In this document: piece by piece, positions 1 through 12,140 of the stretch
Layout: the number at the start of each line of letters is the position of its first letter
Position numbering within the stretch: the stretch's first letter is position 1
Source of the DNA: Hypanus sabinus
Taxonomy: Eukaryota
Direction of reading: 5' to 3'
DNA length: 64,000 nucleotides
Assembly: GCF_030144855.1 (NCBI RefSeq)
Contig: NC_082727.1
Location: 62,434,001-62,498,000, forward strand
Program-made: the position numbers and the translations under genes
The notes under the pieces: generated by a model
What the model was told of the DNA's origin: nothing
Seen by the model: only the letters and a program-made list of their open reading frames with translations
Databases searched by the model: none

Positions 1-588
1 ATTCTTTTCAAGGAGAATAGAATATAAAGAAAGGAGCTAATACTAAGGCTTTATAAGACTGTAGTCAGGCCACTCTTAGAGTATTGTCAACAGTTTTGTG
101 CCCCATATCTGAGAAAGGATTTGTTGTCATTGGAGAGAGTCCATAAGAGGTACATGAGGATGATTCTGGGAATGAGGGGGTTAATATATGAGAAGTGTTT
201 GGAAGCTTTGGGCCCATGTTCACTGGAATTTAGAAGAATGCAGGGGATCTCATTGAAACCTATAGAATGTTGAAAGGACTAGATAGGGTGGAGGAGGAAA
301 GGATGGTTTCCTGTGAAGGGAGTATCCAGAATTGTAGAGAAAAGCCTCAAAATTGAGGGGTAACATTTTAGTGCAGGGGTAAAGAGGATTTGTTTTAGTA
401 AGAGAGGACTTTTTTTTAGTAAATCTGTGGAATGCTCAGCCATAGACTGCAGTGGAGGCCAAGTCTGTAGGTATATTTAATGTGGAAGTTGATAGTTTCC
501 TTATTGATAGGACATCAAAGAATATGGCAAGAAGGCAGGTGTATGGGATCTGGGATCAGCCATGATAGAATGTTAAAGCAGACTCACT
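1..588 (+). mobile_element. CR1-clade LINE (HER1-like), 3' part of ORF2 and tail, decayed
   Basis: Encodes LYKTVVRPLLEYCQQFCAPYLRKD...LERV, typical of the CR1 ORF2 C-terminus; ends in the gggatcagccatgatagaatg tail. Confidence 0.85.
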
Positions 589-1139
589 GTTTAGTATTAT
601 ATTATAGTATCATATTAGTAAGAATATCAGTCCATACATATCTAGTATTTATCACAATTAAGCTAAGCAGACAGATTGTGTTGTTGACCAATGCTTTGGG
701 AAGCCAACACTATTAAATTTAAATTATTTAAATCTGAATTAAATTGGGCCTTGGTTAACTGACCCAAGAGTGACAAGCCCTGATGGGTTTGAGTCTGAGC
801 CATTCAGATTGAATAGTGCTCATCACACAGTCAAAGGATAAGAAACACAGAGAAAGTATGAAGATGTGTAGCAGGTGGTGTGTGTGTATATGAGAGAACC
901 TTTGTTAACACTGCACAGCATCATTGACAAGTGGGCTTAGGACCTGATAACCCCTGCCTAGCCTAACTGCCAAGACCAACTGCAAAAAAAAATAAGTCCA
1001 ACTCCCATTAATCCACTTGCAATCAGTCCATGTGTTGTTAGTTCAACATCAGTAAATGTTCTAAGTTAAATTTAAAATCAAAGCATCGACTTTTTATGGC
1101 TGTTTATGTAGAAAGGTTGTGAGCTTGAAGAATTTTGCT

Positions 1140-1605
1140 CCAACATGTCAGTCCGTGGCCTCTTCTTATGCCAAGATGAAGCCACCCTCGGTGGAAGAGC
1201 AACACCTTATATTCTGTCTCTAACCTGATAGCATGAATATCGATCTCTCCTCCCACCCACTCCTCGTTTCTTTTCTTCCCTCACACTGGCCTCTTAACTC
1301 TTCATACTTATTTATCACCTCCTCCTTCCCTTTCTACTATGGTCCACTTTCCTCTCCCATCAGATTCCTTCCTCTCTAGCCCTTTATCTTTCCTATTCAC
1401 CTGGCTTCATTTATCACCTTGTAGCTATCTTCCTTCCCTTCCCCAATCTTTTTATTCTGGTGTCTTCCCCCTTCCTTTCCAGTCCTAAAAAAAGGTTTCA
1501 GCCCAAAATGTTGGCTGGTTATTCATTTTGACCTGCTGAGTTCCTCCAGTGTTGTGTGTGTGTTGCTTTGGATTTCCAGCATCTGCAGAAGTTCTTGTGT
1601 TTAAA
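1140..1605 (+). mobile_element. Penelope-like element 3' fragment (end of GIY-YIG endonuclease, pyrimidine-rich spacer, degenerate hammerhead and tail)
   Basis: CQDEATL..EEQHLIF remnant; tail ctgctgagttcctccag...gatttccagcatctgcaga shared with many copies in the window. Confidence 0.8.
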
Positions 1606-2094
1606 ACTTAGGTCTGCTTCTTTCTACATGGACACTGGATGATCTATCCGAGCATTTCTAATATTTTCTGACCTTTGAATATCTGGAATATGTTTCTCAT
1701 ATCTTCTGTAACACCTGCCAACATTAGATCCCGGGCAAAGCAATATATCAATAAACAATGTGATAAATGTGACAGAGGCAAAAATAATGTAAACAAACAA
1801 AGAGCTCAATGTTGGTATGCTGCCTTTATTTGAAACAATGCATCTGGATTAATCACAAGATCCACCCCCATGACTGATTTCAAGGGCAGTTTCATTTAAT
1901 GTGTGCCAGCCACAATACTTGCATGCAGTAAAAATACTTGAAATGACTACAACATACTTCAAGAAGATCCTTTTCGATTTTTGTGATGACCATAACACTT
2001 TTTCCTTTTTTAAAAAATTGGAATAAGCAGAACAATATTTGGTAATATATAGAAAAAAAAGTTACATATTATTTTCAAATCCTCTGAAAATTCA

Positions 2095-2392
2095 ACAGAG
2101 TCCAGACAGATTCATCAGAATGTTACGTGGAATTAAAAGCAGAAATTGGTATGGCTGGGTTTATTCTCACTGGAACACAGATGTTGAAGGGGTAATGATG
2201 TGCAAAGTTTTGAGAGGCATAGATAGGATAGCTAGTCAGCATCTCTTTCCCATCTAGGGGACACTAGAACTAGAGAACATTGGTTTAAGGTGAGAAGGGA
2301 GAAATTTAAAGAATATCTGACGTGTAAATTTTTCCACCCAGATGGTGATGAATATTTGGAATGAGCTGCTAGTGGAGGTAGATACAATGATT
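2095..2392 (+). mobile_element. CR1 LINE 3' fragment, decayed
   Basis: agagtccagacagattcatcagaatgtt...actagagaacattggtttaaggtgag resembles the CR1 ORF2 end. Confidence 0.65.
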
Positions 2393-3220
2393 AAAATCCC
2401 CTTTCAGTCCTGTACATTTCTGTGATAAATGGAACCCACAGAAAAGTTTATCAGGGATATTCTTAGAGAAGAGGAAACTGAAAACTGCTTCCTAAATTAC
2501 ATTTACTGCGGCTCCTGAGTCCCAGACTATTCAGATCATCAAGTTAGAGGTACTGGTGGTGTAAGTCAGTTTTTATATTTGTTAGAGTTTTGTGGCTATG
2601 CATACTTGTGACTTTTTGTATCAAGGACTACCGCAAGCTTCAGTTCATATATTTGGCAATATTTCTAGTAATTTCCTTTGGAGGGTCTTAGATGTGTGAT
2701 TTTTTGGCTTCTGATTTGTATAACCTCTATCATGGGAATGGCAATTAAGGTGAAAAGAACTATTAAATATCAGGCTGTCAGATCCTGCCGGATTTTTGCA
2801 GTGTTAAGCAACTTGGAATACCTATTTATTCACCCTTTTATTTCTTTAAATCTGATAACTTAATATTTCCTCTTTTGACAGTCGTACGCTTTTGACACCC
2901 AGTTGCTGCACTGTGCATATAATACTGCTTGCCTGTTTAAAGGTTGGGTTTGTCTGTATTCGAGCGCCTTCACTCAATGATCCTTTTTTTTTAAGATCAG
3001 TTAATATTTCTGGTGCTGAAGTAAATGGCAGTGGTGAAATTTTAGCGTGAATGAATAGCTAAAATCAAAAATAAGCATCATCTGTGAGTGCTTCAGGGAT
3101 ATGTTGAACCTTGTATGACAGAATTGAAAATGCCCATCATGGAAGTGTGACTCTATGCTCTTGGGTGTTTGTGGTGCCGCTTGTGGTGACAAAATAAGAA
3201 TAGACAAAAAGTAGATGATT

Positions 3221-3545
3221 ATGTGAAGCACGTTTGGGCCGAAACATTGACGGTACTTTTTTCTATAGATGTTGCCTGGCCTGCTGTGTTCCACCAGCAT
3301 TTTGTGTGTGTCCATTTATTCTTCCTCTCTTGTATCCCCTCTCACTTGTCATATTGTTCCTCACTCTTTATCCCTTGTCTCTTTCATTCAGCTACCTCCC
3401 CTTTACACTCTCAGTGACAATGCAGGGTCTGAGCCAAAAATGTTGATTTTTCTAATGCCTCCACAGATGCTGCCTGATCTGGAGTTCCTCTAGCAATTTG
3501 CCTTTTTTATATAACTCCAAATCCCAGCATCTACAATCTCTTCAT
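3221..3545 (+). mobile_element. Two degenerate Penelope terminal-repeat (hammerhead + tail) copies
   Basis: ggccgaaacattgac...cctgctgtgttccaccagcattttgtgtg and cagggtctgagccaaaaatgttga...gatgctgcctgatctggagttcctc. Confidence 0.7.
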
Positions 3546-3814
3546 TTAAAAGCATGTATTTTCCACTTACTATTTTCCCAGATGTTGCTCATTTTCTTTG
3601 TGTGCACCTAATGCATTACTGTTTTCTTTGTTTTTTAAAATGCAACTTTCTTTTAAATAAATTTAGTTTAGCAGTAACTGTGAAAATACACTGCTTTTCT
3701 ATGACTTTTAGAACGTGCTGATCTTCCATTCATTGGCTGGTACTGTGCTACAGATATTGTAAAGGTACTAGTCCTGGAACACACCTGTGAAGGAAGTTGA
3801 TGAGAGTGAGGCTC

Positions 3815-4281
3815 TCATCAGCCCATTTTAACCAAACTTTACAGGAACATCACTGAGAGTGTCCTCACTACCTGGCACAGGAATTGCAAGGCATCCGACT
3901 GCAGGTCTCTACAAAAGACTGTGAAAACTGCTGAGAAGGTTATCACTGTCTCTCTTCCACCCATTATTGTTATTTATCACGAGCGCTGCATACACAGGCC
4001 TCAGCATTGTCAGCAATCCCTCCCACCAATCCAACAATGTCTTTCATCAGACAAAAATTGTTCAGATGCCACCATCCATGATCATCAATATCATAATACT
4101 ATTTACTTTTTGACTTGTATCATATAAACACCTTATTATTTGTTAATATATTGAGGTAATACTTTATTTGTGTGTTGTATGTGTGAGCTATATGTACTGT
4201 GTTGGTCAAGATGAACTTTGTCTCATTTGGCAGTGTATCTGGGTATGGTTAAATGACAATAAATTTGAACTTGAACTTGAG
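3815..4281 (+). mobile_element. Rex1/Babar-type LINE 3' fragment
   Basis: TESVLTTW...CRSLQKTVKTAEKVI remnant; aataaatttgaacttgaacttga tail. Confidence 0.7.
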
Positions 4282-4431
4282 ATTTACAGCAGTTCATATC
4301 CAAATTATTAAAACAACCAGGAAAGATGCAATCTTTCTTCTAATTTACTCATTCCCCTCTAAATTGTGTTTTGAACACTGGTTGTTACTCCCACAATAGA
4401 GTAATTTTGCAAAAACAGGAAAAAAAAGGAG

Positions 4432-5352
4432 AAACAAGATGGTAGCGTGATGCAGCTTGCAGCGGCCACCCTCGATCTGATATGTTATTTGTTAAGCGGG
4501 GATGCCATGCGCAATCCTAATCTGACGAAAAATGGAGGTGGGAGCACAGAGCACGGAGGAACATCTGGAAGTCTCCAGGAAGGCCCTCTTTGTTGCTGGT
4601 GCTGTTGTGAGGTCCAGGTCTCTGCCGTGAAGAACAGGACCCCAGTCCTCGGTGTCGTGTTGCTGGTGACCGTTGCTGGTGACCGTCTTAATATGCTCGG
4701 CAGAGGATGGTGCTTGGAGAAGCTGTGCTAGAGGGGATGGTCAGAGGCTCGGAGGTTTGACGGACTCGGAGTCTGCGGTGCGGTCAGGTCGCTTTCAGTG
4801 TGTGCTGTGTCTGCGAGGCTGGGTTTGATGGAACTTTCATTGTGTGCTGCGTCTGCGAGGTTGACTCGGGCGGCGCCGTGGAAGTCCATAGCGGGGGTAT
4901 TCCCTTCTGCCGCCAGCGTGAGATGACCAGTCTATCGGGACCCTGAGGACTTGTGAAAACTGTGTGGTGGTTTCTTTCAAACGGATTGTCTTTTAACATC
5001 TTTGGACTATTTTTACCATGCCCATGGTCTGTTTTTTATCAATTATGATATTGTTTGCACTGTTGGAACTATGTGGTTTTGTGCAGGTCTTGTAGCTTTA
5101 GTTTTTGGTCTTGTTTTGTCTGGTAGTTTGGAACTCCTTTCCGGGAACAACACTAAGACAGTATAGCGATATTAATACACAACAGCCTCTCCGGACTCTG
5201 GATTGGGGATTGCCAAAAGTTATGTGGCTTTTCTGGTGTAGTCTGTTTTGTCGTGTGCTTTTGTGATATCATTCTGGAGGAATGTTGTCTCATTTTTTAA
5301 CTGCATTGCATTTGTGGTTTTTGAATGACAATAAACTGAATCTGAATCTGAA
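4432..5352 (+). mobile_element. Non-autonomous LINE-dependent retroposon (GC/CpG-rich body, tandem-repeat tail)
   Basis: Starts caagatggtagcg, has no coding similarity, and ends aataaactgaatctgaatctgaa like the Rex/L2 tails in the window. Confidence 0.6.
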
Positions 5353-5955
5353 AATAAGCATATACTGTATCTTCTGTTTGAGCTAAAGGGAGTGATTTTC
5401 CATTTTCCAAGCAATCTCAGATCAAATATTTCTAATTTTCTCTCTTGCATCAAGCTGCTGTTTCTACACTTTAGCAACTTCTCAATCACCACTCCGAAAG
5501 TAGGAAAAGGATAGATAAAGATTGAGATGGAGCGTTAGCATGATGTGAAAGTGGGACCTTAAAAACAAGAAAAATGTTATAATGGTAGTAAATATGTGAA
5601 TGGGCTTAGGGACAGCGATATAGAACACACTACTCAAAAGTACAAGGTTCTGAAGTTCTTAAGAGTGTGCATGGGTATGGGAAGACTTAGTTGAGTCATT
5701 TGCAGCACCTTGGTATCTGTACTGGTTGCAAATAGGAGATAGAAAAAGGCATACTAATGTTTTGTGAGTTGCCCATCTAAATTGAGTTTGCTTCTCCACA
5801 TTGTTTTAAATCCTGAAAACTAAGATATAAAATGTTTCTGCAGGACTTCTAATTACTACAGCAGTGTGTAATCTCTGTTCTATTTCTTGCACAACTTAAG
5901 AAAATATGTTTGTCTTAGGAACCATAATTAATGTAGGAGCCATAAAATAACTTCC

Positions 5956-6272
5956 TAGTGGCCAAACATTTTAACTCCAATTCCCGTTCTTGTTCTGATG
6001 TATTGGTCCGTGGCCTCCATTTGTGCCAAGATGAGGTCACCGCCAGGGTGGAGGAGCAATGCCTTATATTCCATCTGGGTCACCTTCAATCTTGTTGGAA
6101 TGAATATCGATTTCCCCTTCCAGCAAAAATTCCCTTTCACCCCTCCCCTCCACACTCTGGCCTCTTACCTTGACTGTTTATTCAGTTCCATGGATGCTGC
6201 CTGACCTGCTGAGCTCCTCCAGCATTTTGTGTGTGTTGCCTTGGATTTCCAACATCTGCAGACTTTCTTGTT
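5956..6272 (+). mobile_element. Penelope-like endonuclease C-terminal fragment plus tail (hammerhead core deleted)
   Basis: ORF 5958-6173 reads HFNSNSRSCSDVLVRGLHLCQDEVTARVEEQCLIFHLG; followed by the gatgctgcctgacctgctgagctcctccagca tail. Confidence 0.8.
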
Positions 6273-6347
6273 TCCATAAAATAAAGCTGTGATTGTTAGA
6301 ATATTGCAATAGCGAAGTAGTTAGCACAACGCTATCACAACTTAGGG

Positions 6348-7704
6348 CAGGGTTTCTCAACAAGAGGGCTTCAGGAGTTCCACGAAAAATTGTATTTAGA
6401 AAAACTAGACATCACTTTTTGAACTTTGCTCGATGCATTATGCTAGCGCTCGCAGTGGTGGATAGTGATCGAGTAACCCCGTTAGCAGTCTCTTCAGAAG
6501 TCTCTCAGGCCAGTATGGCAGTGTGCAGTAGGGTTGTGTTTATTTAGTTGAGTCCTCTCCTTCCTGAATTGCCGTCCACAACTTCCCTTTATGTGCCACC
6601 AACTGACTTATGGAAGCAATGAACTTTACCAGTGTAGCAGAAAATTGAAGGGATATTTTCAATTTTTGAAGGAGATGTGTAAGATGGAAGAGGAGGACTC
6701 CAGGCCTTGGCCTATGGACAATTCTGATAGGTTAATGATGAAGAATTACAATCTTCTGAGTCATTTCACTGCACTAGTGCAACAATGGACCCAAAAAAAG
6801 TCCAACTTTATGATGAAAGCTACTGATCAGTAGTTTTTACATGGACTAGTGATCCAAGCTGTCCTATTCCATTGTGCCTAGTCTGTGGCAAGCAACTTAT
6901 AAATGCATTAAGAATCCAGCAAAATTGAAAAGAAACTTAACTACAAATCACAGCCATAAAACATGTAAAAGTTCTGATTATTTTGAATGGATATTGGAAT
7001 TTCAAAACAAACATGGAACTTAGAGGGCTATGTAATTAGCCCTAGTTAATTTCTAAAGTAAGTACATGTTTGGCACAGCATTGTGGGCCAAAGGGCCTGT
7101 ATGTTGCTGTAGGTTTTCTGTGCTTCTGAACAGAGTAAAGCTTTTGTTATCGAAGTCACAGTCAGTAAAAGTTTCAGGAAGCAAGTTATTTAGTAGCAGA
7201 ACATATTACTCAGAAAAGGAAAAGTTTTTGCTGTATTTCAACTTCTTACATGTGGGAGCAAGCTTTTTACTATTTAACAAGCATCAAGGGCAAGGGTAGA
7301 AATTGTCTGATTTCAGTTGAAAGTGAAATCCACATGTGCTTATCTCAAGTTCAACCCAACCCAGAATTAAATCCAGTTACTCAATAACTTAAGCCAGTTA
7401 TTCAACAGAAATTTATTATGTTTGCCTTATGAATTTTTAAAATTTATGAAAAGGAAAGGAAAAGATTAATTTTAAGAAAGATAAGCTAAGCTTAACTACC
7501 TGTTTTTTTTCAAGAAAAGTTGGCAAAAAAATCATTTTCTACTGAAAAGAGCTTTGACGATTATTTTTGTATTATTATATATACAACTTACTGATCACAC
7601 TAACATACTTTGAGCTGTAGATATAATAATTTTTACACAGGGATTCCCTGAGACCTGAAAATTATTTTAAGAGTTCCTCCAGGGCAAAAAGCTGAGAAAG
7701 GCTG
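6348..7704 (+). mobile_element. hAT (Buster/Charlie, ZBED5-like) DNA transposon, internally deleted
   Basis: Imperfect TIRs cagggtttctcaac / gctgagaaaggctg; 8-bp TSD acttaggg (6340-6347) / gcttaggg (7705-7712); BED-finger remnant FTWTSDPSCPIPLCLVCGKQL..PAKLKRNLTTNHSH and a C-terminal dimerisation-domain remnant. Confidence 0.85.
7011..7128 (+). mobile_element. Short CR1 3'-tail insertion inside the hAT element
   Basis: ggcacagcattgtgggccaaagggcctgtatgttgctgtaggttttc; the same tail occurs at about 62300-62428. Confidence 0.65.
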
Positions 7705-8623
7705 GCTTAGGGTGTTGGAGTTTGGAGTTAAATTTCAATGGCATCTGTACGGATCTTATATGTCTTCCCTGTATAATATATGGGTTTTCTCCAGGTGTTC
7801 CAGTTTCCTCCCACAGTCTAATGCTGTATCAGTTAATAGGTTAATTGCTTATTGTAAGTTGTCCCTTGATTGGACTGGGTTAAATTGGGGGTTGCTGGTG
7901 GTGTGGCTCGAACGGCTGGAAGGTCCTGTTCTATGTGGTAACCCAATCAATCAATCAATAAATAAATAAATAACTTGGATAACTAATTTTTTAGTAAGCC
8001 ATTCATAAGAAATTTCCAATGGATTATGACATGCCTTTTTCCAATTATTCTCGGAGAAAGAAGTAATTGGTGTCACCTTTTACTGGTGTGAATAGACAAG
8101 TGAATCAATATACAATAGCTTGTACAAGTGTTTAGAGTAATTATTTATAGTCACTTTTTAGAGTAGCTTCATAGAGATTAAGAGTAGCTATCAAAATGTA
8201 ACAATTCACTCTTTTTATTTTCAAACTTCACATGCACAATCCAGCTGTCTTCTCATTTATCACTGTGTTCAGCTCCATTGCCAAAATTCCTTACTCCAGA
8301 TGTTGAAGACTGAGAGCATCAGGGAAAGAATTTGTTACTTATCTAGTTTGCTTTGTGTTAACAGAAGAAGAAAATCATGAGAAATGCTTCACCCCCACCC
8401 TTACACCCCTTACCATCTTACCCACCCCTTCCTGAGAATTGCCTTTAATGCAACAACATTTATTGAGAATTCAAAGGCAAGTTGGCATTAGTTGGTTTCA
8501 GGGATCACATAGGCTATTAAAGGATAATATAGTGGAGGGATCTGTAGATCTTGTATTTGACCATTGGGCGTCAGGTGGCCAATCAAGACTGATGACAGAA
8601 GACGTTATAATATCTGGTTTATA

Positions 8624-8686
8624 TTCCCAACCTAAAGTCCACAGACTCCTTGGTTAATGGTATGGGTCCAAGGCATAAAACCCCTG
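8624..8686. mobile_element. Tiny hAT-type MITE, degenerate
   Basis: ttcccaacct...ggtccaaggcataaaacccctg; related to 9985-10049 and 17191-17258. Confidence 0.5.
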
Positions 8687-9499
8687 CTCTACTGGGTTTG
8701 CAAAACTCTGTGAATGGCTGGTCTCCCAGTCATCCACTGAAGTTCCCATAAATTATGCATTTTCAGGTTTGTGGTTCAAATATGTCACTTGAACTGTAGC
8801 TGAAATATCCTGATACCCGAGGCAGCAGTCTTTTTCTTCTTAAGCTCGTCAGCCCTTCTGTGGCATAAGCCACCAGCAGCAGCTCAGCAGTCCTCTTTCC
8901 TGAGCCAGTCTTTCAGTATTTCAAGGTGTAGCCAGTCGAAGATCTATCCTCTCCCAGGATTGAGATCTTTGGAGTTTCTCTTGGCATTTCTGTAGGACTA
9001 AGCTTTTTATGGGATGGAGCTTGAAGCCCCATGACCAACCCTCCTCCTTTTGCAGGCAGACTTGAGTCCATCCATGCCAGAGTTTGATGCACAGGCCTCT
9101 AATGGAAAATACTAGTCTGCATTTCATTTATAGGCGTTAGAATTACATTGGTATTTTAATACATTTCTTTTGTCTTGCATGGTATCTGACAGCTTTACAG
9201 TTTTACAAACTATATTTTCTCCAATGACTTTTCAGTACAATGGAGATTCCAAGAAGGGAGATGAAATAACTTGTATTTTTTATTATTTAAATTGCTTACA
9301 ATAAACTGTTTTGTCCCTTGACTGATTTGTGGCTCCACAAAATATTTTACTTGCTGGCATCCTGTTTAGTTGTGATTTGTTGCTGCTTTTTTATATGGAA
9401 TTTCAACTAGTTAAATGCATGTATCTTGCAAAATGTGTCTATAGATGCATAAAACTTGATGTTTGTTGACAGTCTTGTGCATTCACAAGGCACTTTAGA

Positions 9500-9732
9500 T
9501 TTATTTATTTTTTAAATTTATTGTGATACAGCACAGAATCTGCCCAGCAACCCCTGATTTAATCCTAGCCTAATCACTGGACAATTTCCAATGACCAATT
9601 AACCTACTAACTGGTATATCTTTGAACTGTGAAAGGAAACTCACACAGTCACGGATAGAACGTACAAACTCCTTACAGACAATGGTGGGTATTGAACCTG
9701 GGTCTGTACTGTAAAGTGTTGTGCTAACCATT
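9500..9732 (-). mobile_element. V-SINE (HE1-like)
   Basis: Reverse complement matches other copies (ggacaatttccaatgaccaattaacctac...gtgctaacca on +). Confidence 0.75.
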
Positions 9733-9873
9733 ATTTAGACATCGATAAAACTGTATTATCAATCTTAAGCTGACATTTTTAAAAGGATAAAATACTGATT
9801 CATTGCTAAGAAATTCTACTCATTTTACTGGAAAATAGATTTCATCTGTTTGATTTTGTTTATTTTCTTTTAG

Positions 9874-9952
9874 CTGCTTTCTGTCACTACTTCTGGTGGC
9901 AGCAGTTGTGTGGAAGATCAAGCAAACTTGCTGGGCTTCTCGAAGGAGAGAG
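9874..9952 (+). CDS. ATRNL1: Internal coding exon (79 bp) of attractin-like protein 1: end of transmembrane helix and start of cytoplasmic tail
   Basis: Polypyrimidine tract with tttag acceptor ending 9873 and GTAAG donor at 9953. Translation (phase 2 in, phase 0 out) is CFLSLLLVAAVVWKIKQTCWASRRRE, matching the attractin family as I recall it; QTC rather than QSC favours ATRNL1 over ATRN. Neighbouring exons were not found in the window. Confidence 0.92.
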
Positions 9953-9984
9953 GTAAGAAATAGCAGTGTTACTTGGCTCGAGTG

Positions 9985-10049
9985 CAGGAGTTCCCAACCT
10001 TTTTTATGCCATGGACCAATACCATTAGGCAAGGATCCATAGACTCCTG
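9985..10049. mobile_element. Tiny hAT-type MITE 32 bp downstream of the ATRNL1 exon
   Basis: caggagttcccaacc...gactcctg termini. Confidence 0.55.
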
Positions 10050-10224
10050 CTTTACTGCATCCTTTCATATAATTAATTAATACTGTCACATATTTACTCT
10101 TGGTGCTCTATTATACAGAAGGAGGCAAATGTAATTAATTTGTTATTTATTGGCCTAAATTCACCCTTGTCATTGACTCACAGAAATCATTAGAGAGATT
10201 ATTGATTGGAAAACTATAAAATGG

Positions 10225-10500
10225 TTAGTTCAAAAGTCAAAGGCGAGTTTCTTGTGGTATGCACAAGTACATAGATGCACAGATGCAATGAACATCTTAC
10301 CTGAAAGAGCATCACAGGTATACAGCATCATAAAAGCAGCATTCACAGAAAAACAAAAAACATACACAAGTTTTACAAGAAAGAATACAATTACAAGAAC
10401 ACAGTAAAAACAAATGAAAAACAAAATCCATTTCCAATGTTGTAGTTTTGCTAAACTGTTATGATTTTAGGGTTATGACAGTAGTTTCAAGAATTAAACG
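10225..10500 (-). mobile_element. LINE (Rex/L2-type) 3' tail
   Basis: gttcaaaagtcaaaggcgagtt tandem tail on the minus strand with a typical tgtgatgc...aggtaagatgttcattgca 3' UTR. Confidence 0.55.
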
Positions 10501-12140
10501 GATATTTCACATTCTGATCATTTCTACTCTTACTGAAAATGGAATTGTTTAAATTTTAACAAAAACATACAAGTAGCTAAGTTCTTTCTCCAACATTTGT
10601 TCAATGCAATCAAGTTAATCAGACTTATTTTGTGATGTGATTGGGATAGTCGCATATCCTCTGATTTGCAGACATAGTTGTTGGTTATATAATAGATATA
10701 GCATTGAATAGACAATGGATAATTAAAGATTAATTTGTATTTGGTTTTTATGATGATATGATGCAACCTAAGATCATGCTATCCTGGAGCATGTTAAATT
10801 GCAAGATTACTTGTGGGATTATTAGGGAAACATACAATGCTGTGGCCTGCATGCACATTTATTTAATTAATGATCAAATTTGAATGGCTTGAACTGTCTT
10901 ATATTATAATTTATTACCAAACAGAATTCACTTAGCTATTTCTTTAATTTTGAATAATCTCTGAGGTGTTTCTTTGCTAACAAATGAATTTAAATTGCTA
11001 AACCTGCTGTGTTTTTATGGATTTAATAAATCTACAAAAATGGGTATATGACTTATGTTGAAAAGCAAATATGATGTATAGCTTTTATTTTCTTCAGAAT
11101 GGGCTGTTCAGAGCACAAATAATTTTTCTATTCTGTTATCTTAGAAATTTCAGAGAAATTGAGAGCTTATTTATTGTAAAATAGTGTATTAGAGTGTCAT
11201 GTTTTCCAGCTGCATGTTGGTTGAGACTGGCTTTACACTTAGTATCCTCAGCTGCAATTCAACAGAGAACTTTCAATGCACTTGTGGAGATAGTACAAAT
11301 GCAATTTTTGTTATTTTTGATAAGTGATTAAAATATGCAGCATATATTAAAAATTAACTGTATTAACTTGACAATCTTGACACTTTGATAGATTTCAAAT
11401 GTACTAACATACTGTACATTTCAAACTCTTTGTAAGAAGCATTATTGGTTTAACATGAGAGGAATATAAAACGAATAAAAATTCTGTTATAACTCTTACT
11501 TTTGGAAATATGTGTTTGGGTTAGCACAGAAACAATGGATGGATATTGATATGATTTGTTGGCCATGAGAGCCAAATTAACACACTTGAATCCTACTAGT
11601 TGTTATCTTGTTTGTCATGCATGACTGGGAAATAGGTAAGTTACCTGTTATATCCATATAATTTGAAGCTTTATCTGCAAGTCCTAATTTATTTGACTCT
11701 TTCTTTGTAATTGTTTTAAAGAACTAATTTACTTTTGATATTGTTAAAATGCTGAAATGATGCAGAAAAAATCAAAGATGAATCTGGATCTGTAGCAGTA
11801 GAGTGGTAATTCATATGGTTTCAGGTGTGGATTTTATTTCTAGAAACATTTGGCAAGGAATTTCTGATAAGTAAGCAAAGCTCAGATTTACACAGTATGA
11901 CATCTTAGAATGGGCTGGGACACATCATCAGTGATGTAACGTGGGATCTTCAGGTGTTTTGAGTCTCTCACTGTCAGACATCCTTGTCCAGATGGTCCTG
12001 CCAAAGTTGATCAGGTCCTGGCTTGTGTGCCAGAGGCATTGGTCCATGGGTCACATCTCTTGATCCATAGCCATCCAGAAGATCACACAGCAGCCTCTGT
12101 GAAGGTTCTTCTCTTTGTAGCCCCCATAATGCCAAGGAGA

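Larger units (their letters stand above)
6305..7972 (+). mobile_element. V-SINE (HE1-like) split by a hAT insertion
   Basis: Head remnant at 6305-6347; body resumes at 7705 with the V-domain gggttttctccaggtgttccagtttcctcccacagtc and an (AATC/AATA)n tail. Confidence 0.7.
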
